Assembly: GCA_963810615.1 (NCBI GenBank)
Contig: CAWEOA010000007.1
Location: forward strand, 585,396 to 649,395
Direction: 5' to 3'
Length of the DNA stretch: 64,000 nt
Source: an uncultured Gammaproteobacteria bacterium
GTDB lineage: Bacteria; Pseudomonadota; Gammaproteobacteria; DRLM01
The notes beneath the pieces are model-generated. The model worked only from the letters and a program-made list of their open reading frames with translations, was not told where the DNA came from and ran no database searches. This document shows, piece after piece, positions 10,965-19,422 of the stretch. The position numbers and the translations under genes are program-made. The stretch's first letter is position 1; every line of letters starts with the position of its first letter.

Positions 10965-12395
10965 TTAAGTAAGCACTTTATTACGGTGACGCGACTTGCC
11001 GTGTTGCCGCTGCCTGAAAAACGCCGGCAAGATTAATAACGTACCGAACAGGCCTAAGGACCCGCCGCCACCGCTGCCGCTGGCATTAGCAGCACTAGTC
11101 GAACTCACCACGGTATTTCCAAGATAACGTTGGGCGTAGACGCCATTCCAGGACTTATCCTGCGCATAGCTTTGCCAGGCCACGACCGATGCGCTGTCGG
11201 AATTCATTGCCACTGCCGGTAAGGCTTGGTCCTTCGCGATCGTGGTATTGACCTGGAATTCACCGCCCAGCGTCGCGCCATTCGCATCATAGCGCCGTGC
11301 GAAGATGCCCTTAAGGTTACCGTCCTGGCCTAGGCTTTCCCAAGCTATGGTAAAAGCGCCCGCATTCATCGCCACCGCCGGTGCGGTCTGTTCGCTTGCG
11401 GTCGTAGTATTCACCGGGAATTCGCCGCCCAGCGCCGTACCGATCACGTCATAGCGCTGTGCGTAAATGCCATAACCATCACCATCCTGAGTCAGGCTCT
11501 GCCAGGCCACGACAAAACCGTCCGCGCTCATCGCCACCGCCGGTGTAGTCTGCTCGTTTAACGTCGTGGTATTGACCGCGAATTCGCTTTTCAGTACCGC
11601 GCCCGCCGCATCATAGAGCTGGGCGTAGATGCCGTTACCATCGCCGTCCTGGGCGGCACTTTGCCAGCTTACGACAAAATCGCCCGCCGTATTCATCGCA
11701 AGCGCAACTGCGGCCTGGTCGTTCGCGATGGTGGTGTTGACCCTGAAATCCGACCCGCTGGCGACACCGTCGGCGGCAAAGCGCCGCGCGAAGATGTCCT
11801 CATCGCCATTAATCTCATCGAAATTCTCCCACGCCACGACATAATTACCCGACCCATCCACGGCTACCGCCGGTTTGGTCGAGAACGTCAAGCTGGAAAC
11901 GGGTGTACTGGTCACTTCCTGATCATTGCCAAGTGCCGTGCCGGCCGCGTCGAAGCGCCGGCTGTAGACGTGCAAGTTGCCGTCCTGGTCCATGCTTTCC
12001 CACACCACCACGAAAGCGCCCGTGGCATTCATTGCCACTCTGGGCAATTGGTCATCCTCGCCTATGACGGTGTTGACCTGGAATTCACCGCCCTGGGCCG
12101 CGCCCGCCGCATTGTAGCGCTGCGCGTAAATCCCGGAAAAATCGCCGGGCGCCTGAATAGAGCTTTCCCACACCACGACAAAACTACCGGCTTCATTGAT
12201 GGCCACCGCAGGGTTCTGCTGGTCGGCCAGCGTATAGGTATTGACTTGAAATTCGCTCCCGGCAGGATCACCCACCGCGGCGAATACCGCCGTGCTAGAT
12301 ACGCTCAGCGCCAGTGAAATCACCAGCAACGCCGGGCGTCTATAAAAAGATAACATTGGGGTCATCATTAGGCTTTCGAGAGAACCCCGCCTCAC
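10965..12395 (-). CDS. secreted tandem-repeat protein with 8 repeats of ~45-47 aa and a GlyGly-CTERM/PEP-CTERM-like C-terminal sorting signal
   Basis: An N-terminal signal peptide (MMTPMLSFYRRPALLVISLALSVSSTAVFA). Eight repeats match the consensus GEFQVNTTxxxxQxxPAVAMNxxGxFVVxWxSxxQDGxGxGIYAQRYDAxG. The C-terminus is SGSGGGGSLGLFGTLLILPAFFRQRQHGK (Gly-rich, then a TM helix, then a basic cluster). The ORF start is a GTG; ATGs 9-10 codons in are alternative starts. Confidence 0.7.
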   Translation of the reverse strand: MRRGSLESLMMTPMLSFYRRPALLVISLALSVSSTAVFAAVGDPAGSEFQVNTYTLADQQNPAVAINEAGSFVVVWESSIQAPGDFSGIYAQRYNAAGAAQGGEFQVNTVIGEDDQLPRVAMNATGAFVVVWESMDQDGNLHVYSRRFDAAGTALGNDQEVTSTPVSSLTFSTKPAVAVDGSGNYVVAWENFDEINGDEDIFARRFAADGVASGSDFRVNTTIANDQAAVALAMNTAGDFVVSWQSAAQDGDGNGIYAQLYDAAGAVLKSEFAVNTTTLNEQTTPAVAMSADGFVVAWQSLTQDGDGYGIYAQRYDVIGTALGGEFPVNTTTASEQTAPAVAMNAGAFTIAWESLGQDGNLKGIFARRYDANGATLGGEFQVNTTIAKDQALPAVAMNSDSASVVAWQSYAQDKSWNGVYAQRYLGNTVVSSTSAANASGSGGGGSLGLFGTLLILPAFFRQRQHGKSRHRNKVLT

Positions 12396-12455
12396 CAGGC
12401 ACTGATGAATCCTGGCAAGGCGGGATTGTCATGCTAGCTTCACTTTAAATCAGGC

Positions 12456-13583
12456 TTAGGTGTTTGTTTCGCAGCTACCGTCTTCGCTGTCGCCGCTGCC
12501 GCCGCTCGCACAGGAATCCGCGCCGTTACCGCCCGACTCGGAATCATGGCCGAGGCCGCCGTCGAGCGAGTCATCGCCGTCACCACCATCCAGGGTGTCA
12601 TCACCGGAGCCGCCCGACAGCGTATCATTGCCGGCATCGCCCGATTCATTATCACTGCCGGGACCACCTTCCAGCGTATCATCACCGTTACCGCCAGATA
12701 AGGTATCGTTATGAGGGCCGCCGTCCAGAATGTCATTGCCGTCGTCGCCCGACAGGGTGTCATTGCCTGAATTGCCGTCCAGAGTGTCGTCACCGTTACC
12801 GCCCGATTCCTGATCGTCGCCGGGACCGCCTATGAGATTATCATCACCGTCATCGCCGGCCAACGTGTCGTCACCGGAGCTGCCGTTTAACACATCATTA
12901 CCGGCACCGCCCGTTAGATTGTCATTGCCCGAGCCGCCCAATACGATATCATCGTCATCACCACCGTCCAGGCTGTCATCGCCGAGGCTGCCTCTCAGTA
13001 GATCAAATCCCGCCTGACCTGCCAGTTGATCATTACCCAGACCGCCATCCATATAATCGTCGCCGTTGCCGCCATCGAGAATGTCGTCATCGGCGGCGCC
13101 GTACAGGCGATCATTACCGTCATCACCGGCGAGGGTATCCATGCCGGCGTTACCGTATTCCCTGTCGTTACCGGCACCACCATGGATATCATCGTCACCT
13201 TTACCCCCGACGATCTTGTCATCGCCGTCATCGCCTTGGATGATATCGTTACCGTTGCCGCCTATGACCAGGTCATTGCCGGCCCCGGCCAGGACGACAT
13301 CGTTACCGTCACCCGCAATGATGCGGTCGTTGCCGTCATCACCGCAGATCACGTCGTCGCCGTCTTTACCAAGAATCAAATCGTTTCCGCCTAGACCATT
13401 GATCACATCGGGACCGTTGGTGCCGACGATTCTGTCGTTGCCGGCGGTGCCGTAAATGGTCACCGGCAGACCATTGCAGGTGTCGGGGTTACCCGGATCC
13501 GCGACGGCATGGGTTGACATCAGCGCACCGAATACCCCGGCAATCGCGTAGGATAATTTCTTCTTCATGAATCCCACTTTCAT
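12456..13583 (-). CDS. calcium-binding RTX (hemolysin-type GGxGxDxxx) beta-roll repeat protein with an N-terminal Sec signal peptide
   Basis: 375 aa with about 30 consecutive nonapeptide GGxGxD repeats. The N-terminus MKVGFMKKKLSYAIAGVFGALMSTHAVA is a signal peptide, and an AGGAGG SD lies upstream. There is no C-terminal T1SS-like signal. It sits 60 nt upstream of the repeat-protein gene. Confidence 0.85.
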   Translation of the reverse strand: MKVGFMKKKLSYAIAGVFGALMSTHAVADPGNPDTCNGLPVTIYGTAGNDRIVGTNGPDVINGLGGNDLILGKDGDDVICGDDGNDRIIAGDGNDVVLAGAGNDLVIGGNGNDIIQGDDGDDKIVGGKGDDDIHGGAGNDREYGNAGMDTLAGDDGNDRLYGAADDDILDGGNGDDYMDGGLGNDQLAGQAGFDLLRGSLGDDSLDGGDDDDIVLGGSGNDNLTGGAGNDVLNGSSGDDTLAGDDGDDNLIGGPGDDQESGGNGDDTLDGNSGNDTLSGDDGNDILDGGPHNDTLSGGNGDDTLEGGPGSDNESGDAGNDTLSGGSGDDTLDGGDGDDSLDGGLGHDSESGGNGADSCASGGSGDSEDGSCETNT

Positions 13584-13676
13584 TCCTACATCCTCCTAAT
13601 TGTTATCATTAAAATTAAAAACAAAGGAAACACCTGCAATACACGAAGCTCGAATCTAGCTAGCGACGATTAATTC

Positions 13677-13719
13677 AACATTAATTTAATGTTAATTAGG
13701 CGCTTAGAATATTTCTAAG
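13677..13719. promoter_or_regulatory. two perfect palindromes in an AT-rich divergent promoter region (candidate operator sites)
   Basis: AACATTAATTTAATGTT (13677-13693) and CTTAGAATATTTCTAAG (13703-13719), with TCTAGCTAGC at 13654-13663. They lie between the RTX gene (-) and the HEAT-repeat gene (+). Confidence 0.35.
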
Positions 13720-13913
13720 CCAGCAGCGATAATACCCCCGTAAGATGCCGTGCTTCTCTGCGACGATTATCTTGACAATCTCACTAGAAGCCTGTCTGGC
13801 GACAGCGGACCAGAAGATCGTGGAGAAATGCGTGCCGCGATTAACAGGGCTTTTAATATTCTATTAAGCACCATACCGTTAGGATTTAAAAAAGTAACAG
13901 AGGAAAGATTTGG

Positions 13914-15131
13914 ATGAGCCCCGTGACCATTATGAGCCTTCTCAAACGGGCCGTGACCCCATTCCTCGCGCTTTCCTTGGCCATCGCCCTGCTGGCGCTT
14001 TATGAAAGCAAGATAACCACGCATGAACTCGAACGGGAACTAGCGGCTACGGCACCGGGTTACGCCATCGCCGGCAAAGATGCATCTCCTGCCAACGCAG
14101 AACATCTACGTGGCGCAACCTCCGATCATGCTGCAGCACCGACTAATGAGCATCTATCCGACGTCACTATCGTAATCTTGGATAGCGGCAAGGCGCTTCC
14201 CCTCGCCTTTAAGTTGGGCAAGCACTACATCAAAATGCCGGGGCCGTCCTCCTGGCCGTCAGTCGGTAAGCAGGATGCGGCGAACGCTGACAAAGGCCGA
14301 TATCTCGCGGCCATCATCGATACGGCCGACGTGTTGCGTGCCAACGGCCACAACGCAAATGATGCATTCGATCTCATGGTCGGTGGCACCGAACTCAACG
14401 CAGGCAATACCTTCCGCATTAAGGGAAATCATCAATCGTTCTTAGCCGAAGACGACAACCAGCCTGCCGTGGAATACCACACGCAGGCGGGAGAACAAGG
14501 CATCTGGCGTTCGCTGCAGTTCAAGAACATCGTCTTGAGTCATGCCCAGGTGCCTTCCCTGGAGGATCATCTGGTATTGCCGCAAGACGCAACGGTCGCG
14601 AATCGGCCGGCCGCTGTTCACGAGGCGCCGTTTAGCGCGCAACCGGCTATAGCTGCCAAACCGATGAATGCAGTCAATACCGCCCTGGTCACACCACTCG
14701 AAGATGCTACTCCCGAGTCCACGCGCAAATACGTAGAAGCGCTGGACAGTCAGGACCCCGCGGTTCGCGCGGATGCCATTCAAAGCCTGATCGTAAACGG
14801 CTATCGTGAGGCGGCACCTAACACTGACAGCAATGCCACGATGGAATCCATCATCTCGAAATCCTTGTTGGATAATAATCCCAGCGTTCGCGCCACGACC
14901 CTGGAAGCACTGGACGCCTATGATGGAAACCTGCCCCAGGCGACGCTCAGCCACATGGCCCTCAACGACAGTAATCCCGGATTGCGGGTTCAAGCGTTGG
15001 ATTTGCTGGTGGAGCGCTTCGGCCAACAGGCGGCGGCCACATTGAAAGAGGCCAGTCATGATTCCGACCCACGCGTGAGCCGCATGGCCGATCAGATGCT
15101 CATCGAATTCGCGAATCAGTCACAACCCTGA
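13914..15131 (+). CDS. membrane-anchored protein with C-terminal HEAT (PBS-lyase type) repeats
   Basis: An N-terminal hydrophobic anchor (VTPFLALSLAIALLALY). The C-terminal third carries repeated DPAVRADAIQSL, NPSVRATTLEAL, NPGLRVQALDLL and DPRVSRMADQML motifs. Confidence 0.65.
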   Translation: MSPVTIMSLLKRAVTPFLALSLAIALLALYESKITTHELERELAATAPGYAIAGKDASPANAEHLRGATSDHAAAPTNEHLSDVTIVILDSGKALPLAFKLGKHYIKMPGPSSWPSVGKQDAANADKGRYLAAIIDTADVLRANGHNANDAFDLMVGGTELNAGNTFRIKGNHQSFLAEDDNQPAVEYHTQAGEQGIWRSLQFKNIVLSHAQVPSLEDHLVLPQDATVANRPAAVHEAPFSAQPAIAAKPMNAVNTALVTPLEDATPESTRKYVEALDSQDPAVRADAIQSLIVNGYREAAPNTDSNATMESIISKSLLDNNPSVRATTLEALDAYDGNLPQATLSHMALNDSNPGLRVQALDLLVERFGQQAAATLKEASHDSDPRVSRMADQMLIEFANQSQP

Positions 15132-15169
15132 ACCTCACTGTCTACGAGTAATAACGGCCTTGCTGATCG

Positions 15170-15832
15170 TCACACGTCCGCCGAAGGGCAGCGCCGTGCC
15201 AGGCAACATGCCTCGCAACGCGGCCGCGGCCGACAGAAATCCTTGGCGTGGCGCACGATGAGGGCGTGAAACTCGTTGTACAGCGCCACCGAGTCGCGTT
15301 TGCCGCGGGTCTCGCCTTGCAGACGCGTTTCGACATGCTCGCGCAAGTGTTCATATGGCTCGTCACCCGCCGCCAGTTGCAGGCGTGACAGCAGGCGCCG
15401 CGTATAGGCATCGATGACGAAGATGGGACGGTGGAAGGCATAGAGCAGGATGTCGTCCGCGGTTTCGGGACCGACCCCGTTGATGCCCAGCAACTCCTGC
15501 CGCAGGACAGCGGTATCCATTCGCCGCAGTTTCTTCTCGCCGCCGCGCGCTACGTACCAGGCGCAAAAATTGCGCAGGCGTTCGGCCTTGACGTTGAAAT
15601 AGCCCGCGGGGCGTATCCAGGCCGCCACGCGCCCTTGCGGCGTGCGTAAAATCACTTCCGCGTCCATGGCCTGCTCCGCATGCAGATTGGCGATGGCCTT
15701 TTCCACATTGATCCACGCGGTGTTTTGCGTCAACACCGCACCGACCATAACCTCGAACGAGGTGCGCGCCGGCCACCAGTGTTGCGGGCCGTAGCACGCC
15801 AACAGCAGGTCGTGCAGCTTGAGGAGCGTCAT
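15170..15832 (-). CDS. HhH-GPD superfamily DNA glycosylase (endonuclease III-like) with a C-terminal 4Cys Fe-S motif
   Basis: An HhH-GPD motif (LLGINGVGPETADDIL...VIDAY) and a C-terminal cluster CRPRPRCEACCLARRC. It has Glu at the position of the Nth catalytic Lys120. Confidence 0.7.
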   Translation of the reverse strand: MTLLKLHDLLLACYGPQHWWPARTSFEVMVGAVLTQNTAWINVEKAIANLHAEQAMDAEVILRTPQGRVAAWIRPAGYFNVKAERLRNFCAWYVARGGEKKLRRMDTAVLRQELLGINGVGPETADDILLYAFHRPIFVIDAYTRRLLSRLQLAAGDEPYEHLREHVETRLQGETRGKRDSVALYNEFHALIVRHAKDFCRPRPRCEACCLARRCPSADV

Positions 15833-16683
15833 GAACGCTTGGCGCTGGACCTGCGACGCGGTGAAAAGGATTTTCCGGGGGCGGTGGAGCGGCGAGACAT
15901 GGGTCTGCTCATGGGTTTAGGCTTAGGTGGTTTCTCGATCTTGGCCATTCCCGCCGCGATCAACAAGTCATTCACTGCAGCCTCGTCCAATTCGCGATGC
16001 CGTCCGGGCAACAGACCCTTGGGCAGCGCCACCGGTCCGTAACGCACGCGCATCAGACGACTCACCGTCACGCCCTGGGATTCCCATAGGCGCCGCACCT
16101 CGCGGTTGCGTCCTTCGCGGACGATGACGTGATACCAATGATTGCTGCCCTGGCCGCCGGCATCGACGACGGCATCGAAGCGGGCGGGACCGTCCTCCAA
16201 GCTCACACCGTCGCGCAGACGGCGCAACATGGCATCGTCCACCTCGCCCAGCACCCGCACCGCGTACTCGCGCTCCATGCCGCCGGAAGGATGCATGAGG
16301 CGATGGGCCAGCTCGCCGTCGTTGGTGAACAGCAAGAGTCCCAGCGTGGTGTAATCGAGACGGCCGACCGCCACCCAGCGTCCGGCAACGCGCGGCAGAC
16401 GATCGAACACCGTGGCGCGGCCTTCGGGGTCGGCGCGGGTGCAGACTTCGCCGCTGGGCTTGTTATAGATCAACACCCGCGGTAGCGGCGCGACCGCTGT
16501 TTCCCAAATCACCGCCTTGCCGTCGATGCATACCACATCGCCCGGCGCCACGGCGGCACCGATGTTCGCCGTTTGGCCGTTTACGGTAATGCGTCCGGCG
16601 CGTATCCATTCTTCGATGGCGCGCCGCGAACCGCAACCCGCCTGCGCCAGACGTTTGTGCAAGCGTTGTGCTGCTTCAGTCAT
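15829..16683 (-). CDS. rluB: 23S rRNA pseudouridine synthase RluB
   Basis: An S4 domain and an RsuA/RluB catalytic domain (RLDYTTLGLLLFTNDGELAHRLMHP) with a Lys/Arg-rich C-terminal tail. Start is placed at the internal MTEAAQRL. Confidence 0.85.
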   Translation of the reverse strand: MTEAAQRLHKRLAQAGCGSRRAIEEWIRAGRITVNGQTANIGAAVAPGDVVCIDGKAVIWETAVAPLPRVLIYNKPSGEVCTRADPEGRATVFDRLPRVAGRWVAVGRLDYTTLGLLLFTNDGELAHRLMHPSGGMEREYAVRVLGEVDDAMLRRLRDGVSLEDGPARFDAVVDAGGQGSNHWYHVIVREGRNREVRRLWESQGVTVSRLMRVRYGPVALPKGLLPGRHRELDEAAVNDLLIAAGMAKIEKPPKPKPMSRPMSRRSTAPGKSFSPRRRSSAKRS

Positions 16684-16693
16684 AGGGGGATCA

Positions 16694-17371
16694 TCAATGT
16701 ACGGTATGAAGAGCGCCGCTCTCTTCCGCGTCGGAGCGGGTTTCCACGGCGGGTTCATGCTCTTCCGTGTCCGCCTCCGTCGCCGAGACTTCGCCGGCCA
16801 TGGGCGGAAGAAGGTCCGCCAGGTCGCTGGCGATCATCTCCAGGCTCCGAATCTCCGCAAGGGACGGCAAGTCTCCCAGGCTCTTGAGGTTGAAATAATC
16901 CAGGAATTCGCGGGTGGTACCGAACAGGGCCGGCTTGCCGGGGACTTCGCGGTGGCCCACCACACGTATCCATTCCCGTTCCTGCAGGGTCTTGATGATG
17001 TTGCTGCTGACCGTGACGCCGCGGATATCTTCGATCTCGGCGCGGGTGATGGGTTGGCGATAGGCGATCAGCACCAGGGTCTCCAGCAAGGCGCGGGAAT
17101 AACGGGGTGTGCGTTCCTCATACAGGCGCGATACCCACGGCGCCAGCTCCCTTTTCACCTGTAAGCGGAAACCGCTGCTCACTTCCTTGAGTTCGATGCC
17201 GCGCTCGGCGCAATCCTCACTCAAAGACGCTAAGGCCTCGCGCACCTCCGCGGCCTCGGGACCCGCTTCCTCGGGAAACAAGGCGCGCAGGCGCTCCACG
17301 CTCAGGGGCTCACCGGCCGCCAGCATGGCGGCCTCAAGAATATTCTTCAACTGCTGCGGGTTCACTGACAT
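16694..17371 (-). CDS. scpB: segregation and condensation protein B
   Basis: 225 aa with the conserved ScpB N-terminus (LKNILEAAMLAAGEPLSVERL) and an acidic C-terminal tail. Confidence 0.85.
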   Translation of the reverse strand: MSVNPQQLKNILEAAMLAAGEPLSVERLRALFPEEAGPEAAEVREALASLSEDCAERGIELKEVSSGFRLQVKRELAPWVSRLYEERTPRYSRALLETLVLIAYRQPITRAEIEDIRGVTVSSNIIKTLQEREWIRVVGHREVPGKPALFGTTREFLDYFNLKSLGDLPSLAEIRSLEMIASDLADLLPPMAGEVSATEADTEEHEPAVETRSDAEESGALHTVH

Positions 17372-18182
17372 GCTGTGGCGCTCTTACATAAATGGGACCA
17401 TAGGGTTCCGTTTGTACAATTTCGATAAGTGACTCTTTGATCAATTCCAGGACGGCGAGAAAGGTCACCACCACCCCGAGCTTGCCTTCCTCGGCCTTGA
17501 ACAAACTGGGAAACGAGGTAAATTTTTCCGTCGTCACCGCGCTCAACACATTGGACATGCGCTCGCGTACCGACAGCGGCTCCATGTGCACATGATGATT
17601 GGAAAACATCTCGGCACGGAGTAATACGTCCTTCAGCGCCAGCAACAACTCCTGCAGGGCCACCGCCGGCTGCGGACGCGGCCCGCCGCGCGGCGGCGCA
17701 TCGAGTTTCACGGTGAAGGTATCGCGCTCCATGCGCGGCAAGGCATCCAGATCCTCGGCGGCCTTTTTGAAGCGCTCGTATTCCTGCAGGCGACGGATCA
17801 ATTCGGCGCGTGGATCCTCCTCTTCGCCCTCCTCGGTCTTGGGGCGCGGCAGCAGCATGCGTGACTTGATCTCGGTGAGCATGGCGGCCATCACCAGATA
17901 TTCCGCCGCCAACTCCAGGCGCAGGCCCTTCATCACTTCGACATAGGCCATGTACTGGTGGGTGATTTCGGCGACGGGGATATCGAGGATATCCAGGTTC
18001 TGGCGGCGAATCAGGTAAAGCAGCAAATCCAAGGGCCCTTCGAAGGCATCGAGAAATACCTCCAGGGCATCCGGTGGGATATAGAGATCCTTGGGCATCT
18101 CCGTCAGGGGCGTACCCCGCACCATGGCCAGAGGCAGCTCGGGTAATTCCACGACAGGTGCTTCTGTAATGACGTTCGACAT
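17334..18182 (-). CDS. scpA: segregation and condensation protein A
   Basis: 282 aa with kleisin motifs (FEGPLDLLLYLIRRQNLDILDIPVAEIT). It overlaps scpB. Confidence 0.85.
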   Translation of the reverse strand: MSNVITEAPVVELPELPLAMVRGTPLTEMPKDLYIPPDALEVFLDAFEGPLDLLLYLIRRQNLDILDIPVAEITHQYMAYVEVMKGLRLELAAEYLVMAAMLTEIKSRMLLPRPKTEEGEEEDPRAELIRRLQEYERFKKAAEDLDALPRMERDTFTVKLDAPPRGGPRPQPAVALQELLLALKDVLLRAEMFSNHHVHMEPLSVRERMSNVLSAVTTEKFTSFPSLFKAEEGKLGVVVTFLAVLELIKESLIEIVQTEPYGPIYVRAPQHVSEPAAVEEYS

Positions 18183-18201
18183 GGATTAAGGCTTCACACT
18201 C

Positions 18202-19422
18202 TCAATATCGCTTGCGTAGTCCCATGACCTCACGGACTTCGTCCAAGGTCTCCTGCGCCACATCCCGTGCCGCTTCGCAGCCTTCTTCGACGATGTTGCG
18301 CACCAGGTTGTAATTCTCCACGATCTCCAGGGCGCGCTCACGGATAGGGGCCTGCTCCGCCAGCACCGCATCGATCACGTGCTGTTTGCATTCCAGGCAA
18401 CCGATGCCGGCGCTGGTGCAGCCTTTCCGCACCCAGGCCTTCACCTCGTCCGGAGAGTATACCTCGTGAAACTGCCATACCGGACATTTATCCGGGTCGC
18501 CGGGATCGGTGCGCCGCACCCGCGCGGGATCGGTGGGCATGGTCTTCAATTTCTGAATCACCGCCTCGGGTTCTTCACGCAGGGAGATGGTATTGCCGTA
18601 GGACTTGGACATCTTCTGGCCGTCCAATCCCGGCATCTTGGCCATCTGCGTCAATAAGGGGTGCGGTTCGGGCAGGATCGCCTTGCTGATGCCTTCGAGA
18701 TAACCGAACAGGCGCTCGCGGTCGCCCAGGGTGATATTCTGCTGGGTCAACAGGAATGCCCGCGCGGTCTCCAACGCTTCATGGTCACCCATTTCCTGAA
18801 ATTTACGCCTTAATTCCCTATAAAGCTTTGCATTCTTCTTCCCCATCTTGGCGATGGCGGCCTCCGCCTTTTCGGCGAAGTCCGGTTCACTGCCATAGAG
18901 GTGGTTAAAGCGCCGCGCCACCTCGCGGGCCATTTCGATATGCACCACCTGATCCTCACCCACCGGCACCAGGCCGGCTCTATAGATGAGGATGTCCGCC
19001 GCCTGCAGCAAGGGATAACCGAGAAAGCCGTAGGTGGCCAGATCCTTCTCCTTGAGCTTTTCCTGCTGATCCTTGTAGGTGGGCACCCGTTCCAGCCAAC
19101 CCAGCGGGGTCATCATGGACAGCAACAGATGCAGCTCGGCATGCTCCGGCACCCGCGACTGGATGAAGATCTTGGCGTTCTTGGGATTGATGCCCACCGC
19201 CAACCAATCGATGATCATCTCCCAGCTACTCTTCTCGATGTCTCCGGGTTTTTCGTAATCGGTGGTCAGCGCATGCCAGTCGGCGACAAAGAAAAAGCAT
19301 TCGTACTCGTGCTGCAGGCGCAGCCAGTTTTTCAAGACGCCGTGATAATGCCCGAGGTGCAGGCGCCCGGTAGGACGCATGCCGGAGAGCACCCGTTGTG
19401 GTTGATTAGGAATAATACTCAT
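18202..19422 (-). CDS. trpS: tryptophan--tRNA ligase with a Cys4 C-terminal extension
   Basis: A HIGH-type motif (TGRLHLGHY) and a KMSKS motif. The ~70-aa C-terminal extension contains C-x21-C-x6-C-x2-C. Confidence 0.9.
   Translation of the reverse strand: MSIIPNQPQRVLSGMRPTGRLHLGHYHGVLKNWLRLQHEYECFFFVADWHALTTDYEKPGDIEKSSWEMIIDWLAVGINPKNAKIFIQSRVPEHAELHLLLSMMTPLGWLERVPTYKDQQEKLKEKDLATYGFLGYPLLQAADILIYRAGLVPVGEDQVVHIEMAREVARRFNHLYGSEPDFAEKAEAAIAKMGKKNAKLYRELRRKFQEMGDHEALETARAFLLTQQNITLGDRERLFGYLEGISKAILPEPHPLLTQMAKMPGLDGQKMSKSYGNTISLREEPEAVIQKLKTMPTDPARVRRTDPGDPDKCPVWQFHEVYSPDEVKAWVRKGCTSAGIGCLECKQHVIDAVLAEQAPIRERALEIVENYNLVRNIVEEGCEAARDVAQETLDEVREVMGLRKRY

Noticed and set aside
12464-13455. 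Several Arg/His/Pro/Ser-rich ORFs on the plus strand and in alternate minus frames across the RTX gene
   Set aside because: They are artefacts of the GGxGxD nonapeptide DNA periodicity. Only the frame giving the beta-roll repeats with an N-terminal signal peptide and SD is credible.
12456-13583. Periodic DNA repeats that might suggest a CRISPR array
   Set aside because: The 27-nt periodicity is coding (RTX nonapeptides), degenerate, and lacks unique spacers. There are no cas genes.
14442-15059. 205-aa minus-strand ORF
   Set aside because: Antisense to the HEAT-repeat gene with no supporting features.
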